From an uncultured archaeon (GTDB taxonomy: Archaea; Asgardarchaeota; Thorarchaeia; Thorarchaeales; CAZPUN01): a DNA stretch of 32,000 bases. Of this stretch, positions 29,660-32,000 are shown piece after piece. The notes under the pieces were generated by a model that saw only the letters and a list, made by a program, of their open reading frames with translations, searched no databases and was not told the DNA's origin. Where the stretch lies: contig CAZPUN010000048.1 in NCBI GenBank assembly GCA_964589775.1, positions 14,383-46,382 of the forward strand. Direction: 5' to 3'. Made by a program: the position numbers and the translations under genes. The stretch's first letter is position 1. Each line of letters begins with the position of its first letter.

Positions 29660-30451
29660 ATGGATGAAGATAATTTGATATTAAAATCAATAAGAATTTT
29701 TAAAGAGAATATCCTAACATACTTGATAGCGAGTGCAGGTATTGGATTTATCGTTATTCTGATCATTCCATTTATAGCATTTCAAATATTAATATCAATA
29801 GCTGAAGACATGTATGGGCTTGAAATAATTGTTAATAATATTTCAATGATTTTTACACTATCATTTATATCAATTACAATTTTTGGAATAACTAATGATA
29901 TAATAGAAATGGAAACCTCACATGCTGAAAGATTTGTATACTATCTGAAAAAATATTGGGGCTATGCAATAATATTAGGAATAATAGGTACGGTAATAAT
30001 ATTCATATCAAGGTATATTGAAAACGTATTGTATTATTCTCTAACATATGAACATGTAACAAAAATAATAATAGTCAAAAGTATTCAGTATACCTTTCTA
30101 TCAATCTCATTAATGTATATAGTGTTCATTTTTCCAAAGATGGTATTGGGTACAGATTTTATCCAGAGCATAAAATTTTCGTTGACTTACTGCACTAGAA
30201 ATATATTAAAGACATTACCCCCGGCAGTACTATTAATTTTTGATGCAGTAATTACCTCACGGATTGTTCTTGATCTGGCGATAAATCCAATATTGTATTT
30301 TCTTGTAATAGGGATAGGATATGCATTTGCAATAATCTTAATGATAATAATAACTCAAATTTCAATAGGAATCGATTTAGAAACACCAAAATCAAAATAC
30401 AAATCGACTGATTCTGAAGATTCATCTATTCAATTGTTGGGGGGAATTTAA
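29660..30451 (+). CDS. Hypothetical polytopic membrane protein
   Basis: About six hydrophobic helices; abuts the next gene. Confidence 0.7.
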   Translation: MDEDNLILKSIRIFKENILTYLIASAGIGFIVILIIPFIAFQILISIAEDMYGLEIIVNNISMIFTLSFISITIFGITNDIIEMETSHAERFVYYLKKYWGYAIILGIIGTVIIFISRYIENVLYYSLTYEHVTKIIIVKSIQYTFLSISLMYIVFIFPKMVLGTDFIQSIKFSLTYCTRNILKTLPPAVLLIFDAVITSRIVLDLAINPILYFLVIGIGYAFAIILMIIITQISIGIDLETPKSKYKSTDSEDSSIQLLGGI

Positions 30452-31033
30452 ATGAAGGAAGTAATGGTTCTAAAAGATCCAAAAGTAATCAAATTAGTTT
30501 TAAATGAAACACGCGCTCAAATTTTATTCCAGTTCCTTACAAAAAGAGCAATGACAGTAAAACAACTATCTGAAGCACTAGATAAAAATCCTGGAAGTAT
30601 ATTGCATCACATTAACAAATTAAAAGAAGCCGGACTAGTCGAACTTGTAAAATCAAGGGTTGCCCCAACAGGTATCGTAGAAAAATATTATCGCGCAGTT
30701 GCAAGACGCTTCACATACCAACTAGGTGTTATGTTTAAAGGCCCTAAAAGCATTGCAGATTTTGCAACAAAACACATAACAGCAATTGTTAATGCATTAG
30801 AGATCTTTGGAATAAAAATAAAAGAAAATTATAAACAAGAATTTATTGAAGATTTGATCCGTGTTCGGGATTATGAAATAAGCATAGCAGAGAAAATTGA
30901 TATAAATGATAATGTAAATGTTCCAGATAATATCAGAGCAGATGCCTTCGAACTCGCATATAACTTGATTCTCTTCCAAGATGAAAAATACCTCAAATTA
31001 AAAAGAAAACTATTAGATTACGTTGTGTTTTAG
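30452..31033 (+). CDS. ArsR-like winged-helix transcriptional regulator
   Basis: TRAQIL, MTVKQLSEAL, HHINKLKEAGLVELV and EKYYRAVA. RBS GGGGGGA lies inside the upstream gene. Confidence 0.9.
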   Translation: MKEVMVLKDPKVIKLVLNETRAQILFQFLTKRAMTVKQLSEALDKNPGSILHHINKLKEAGLVELVKSRVAPTGIVEKYYRAVARRFTYQLGVMFKGPKSIADFATKHITAIVNALEIFGIKIKENYKQEFIEDLIRVRDYEISIAEKIDINDNVNVPDNIRADAFELAYNLILFQDEKYLKLKRKLLDYVVF

Positions 31034-31155
31034 TACTTGTATCATTTAGAAAATATCTCGAACATATTCTGATATTTCTCATTTAATACATACGTTTAAT
31101 AGAAGAAATGTTCCAATAGAAATTGAGGTTAATTAATTAAGTGAGGAATTAAAGT

Positions 31156-31308
31156 ATGGATGCCCACAAGACAAATGAAATGGACAAGATTTCGACGTCC
31201 TTGAAAACCGCAGGAATTTTTCACACGCTATATGGCTTAATTGAGCAAGATATAGAGCCAACAGATGATGATGCAGAACGCCTTCGAGCACTATACGCGG
31301 GTTCATAG
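31156..31308 (+). CDS. 50-aa small protein of unknown function
   Basis: Not in the track. GTGAGGA RBS (31141-31147), then ATG: MDAHKTNEMDKISTSLKTAGIFHTLYGLIEQDIEPTDDDAERLRALYAGS*. Confidence 0.55.
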   Translation: MDAHKTNEMDKISTSLKTAGIFHTLYGLIEQDIEPTDDDAERLRALYAGS

Positions 31309-31346
31309 AATTTGTGGGCATTATGCTCCTCACAAACTATGAGCCT
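31299..31346 (+). other. Long RNA stem-loop overlapping the small-ORF stop codon
   Basis: GGGTTCATAG/CTATGAGCCT, TTTGTG/CACAAA and GGCA/TGCT pairings. Confidence 0.65.
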
Positions 31347-31356
31347 CCCGGCATGA

Positions 31357-31405
31357 TCTCGGAGAGAATACGCCCCCAACACCATCCTCTCCGAGACCTC
31401 TTTTT
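31357..31405 (+). terminator. GC-rich hairpin followed by a T-run (terminator-like)
   Basis: Perfect 10-bp stem TCTCGGAGAG (31357-31366)/CTCTCCGAGA (31387-31396), then CCTCTTTTT. Confidence 0.65.
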
Positions 31406-31449
31406 AAAATTTATATGAATTTACGGAATATACATTTGGGAATAATAAA

Positions 31450-31641
31450 TTGATCTTGCATGTATTTATTATTGATCAAAGTGGCTTACCTGCTTATTCA
31501 AAATATAATGCTTATATTTCTGCGCTTCAAAAATTCGGTACGTTATCAGTTAGACATCATGCCACTTCGATTATTAGATTCATTTTTTACATTTTCTTAA
31601 AATTCATCCCTTTATTAGCAATATTCTCGTATTTCATGTAA
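31450..31641 (+). pseudogene. Probable decayed longin-domain gene fragment
   Basis: MILHVFIIDQSGLPAYSKY...AYISALQKFG aligns with MIYGIWIIDMGGNCLFYKD...SFFSAIYNFG of 18244-19560, with an internal deletion. The rest is non-homologous. Confidence 0.45.
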
Positions 31642-31789
31642 AATAAACCAATTTTTTACACTATTTGCTCCTCTACGTGCCGCGCACACTTTTTTAAATA
31701 TCTCGCATTTTTTATCTCGTCGCCGGATACCTCCTAAAATCTCCTTTCATAACCCTTATATTTTTATATTTAGACTGTATACATATACT
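31642..31789 (+). promoter_or_regulatory. Putative CRISPR leader
   Basis: AT-rich non-coding stretch with TATA-like tracts directly 5' of the first repeat. Confidence 0.6.
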
Positions 31790-32000
31790 GTTGAAAAGTA
31801 GCCCGCAAGAATCGCGGATTGAAAGTTTGCATATGATCCTTGTTTCAAAAACGAGGTTGAATTAGTTGAAAAGTAGCCCGCAAGAATCGCGGATTGAAAG
31901 AAATAAAAATTAAAAAAAAGAGGAAGAAAAATTAAAGTTGTTGAAAAGTAGCCCGCAAGAATCGCGGATTGAAAGTGGAAATCCGCAGCTAGATTACAAA
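31790..32000 (+). CRISPR. CRISPR array (start; continues past window): 36-bp repeat GTTGAAAAGTAGCCCGCAAGAATCGCGGATTGAAAG
   Basis: Three identical repeats at 31790-31825, 31865-31900 and 31940-31975, two 39-nt spacers and one partial spacer. Repeats have the 3' ATTGAAAG handle and an internal CCGC/GCGG stem. Confidence 0.96.

Noticed and set aside
31133-31333. Minus-strand 66-aa ORF from the track
   Set aside because: The plus-strand 50-aa ORF has a well-placed RBS and a downstream terminator. The minus ORF has no comparable support.
31265-31394. C/D-box sRNA (ATGATGA at 31265-31271) or tracrRNA
   Set aside because: No CTGA D box at a suitable distance, the ATGATGA is explained by Asp codons, and no anti-repeat complementarity to the CRISPR repeat was seen.
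31901-31939. Self-targeting of spacer 2 against A-rich intergenic tracts (e.g. ~20807-20835, ~24950-24978)
   Set aside because: Only low-complexity compositional similarity, with no exact match.

Overview
AT-rich archaeal chromosomal segment, most plausibly from an Asgard archaeon. That assignment is inferred from longin-type proteins, archaeal-type ProRS, GGTGA/GGAGG ribosome-binding sites, TATA boxes and oligo-T terminators. It carries about 27 full-size genes. Housekeeping and envelope genes include proS, an AlkA-like glycosylase, a GT-C glycosyltransferase, a dolichol/phytol-kinase-like enzyme, a DegT aminotransferase, DedA, a beta-helix surface protein and NfeD-flotillin. Several redox-stress genes are present: DUF438-hemerythrin-PAS with a divergent regulator and twin operators, OsmC, AhpD/CMD and a ferritin-like protein. 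Eukaryote-like proteins include a longin-wHTH-C4HC3 RING-like protein, an SKI-1/S1P-like subtilase and a split GRAM/PH-like zinc-ribbon protein. Features missed by the ORF track are: the subtilase truncated at the left edge, a 44-aa stand-alone NrdD-type glycyl-radical peptide, a 35-aa basic peptide, a 50-aa ORF whose RBS and start codon can pair with its own 3' UTR, and the leader plus first three repeats of a CRISPR array at the right edge. No cas genes are in the window. All family assignments come from motif recognition by eye, not database searches.
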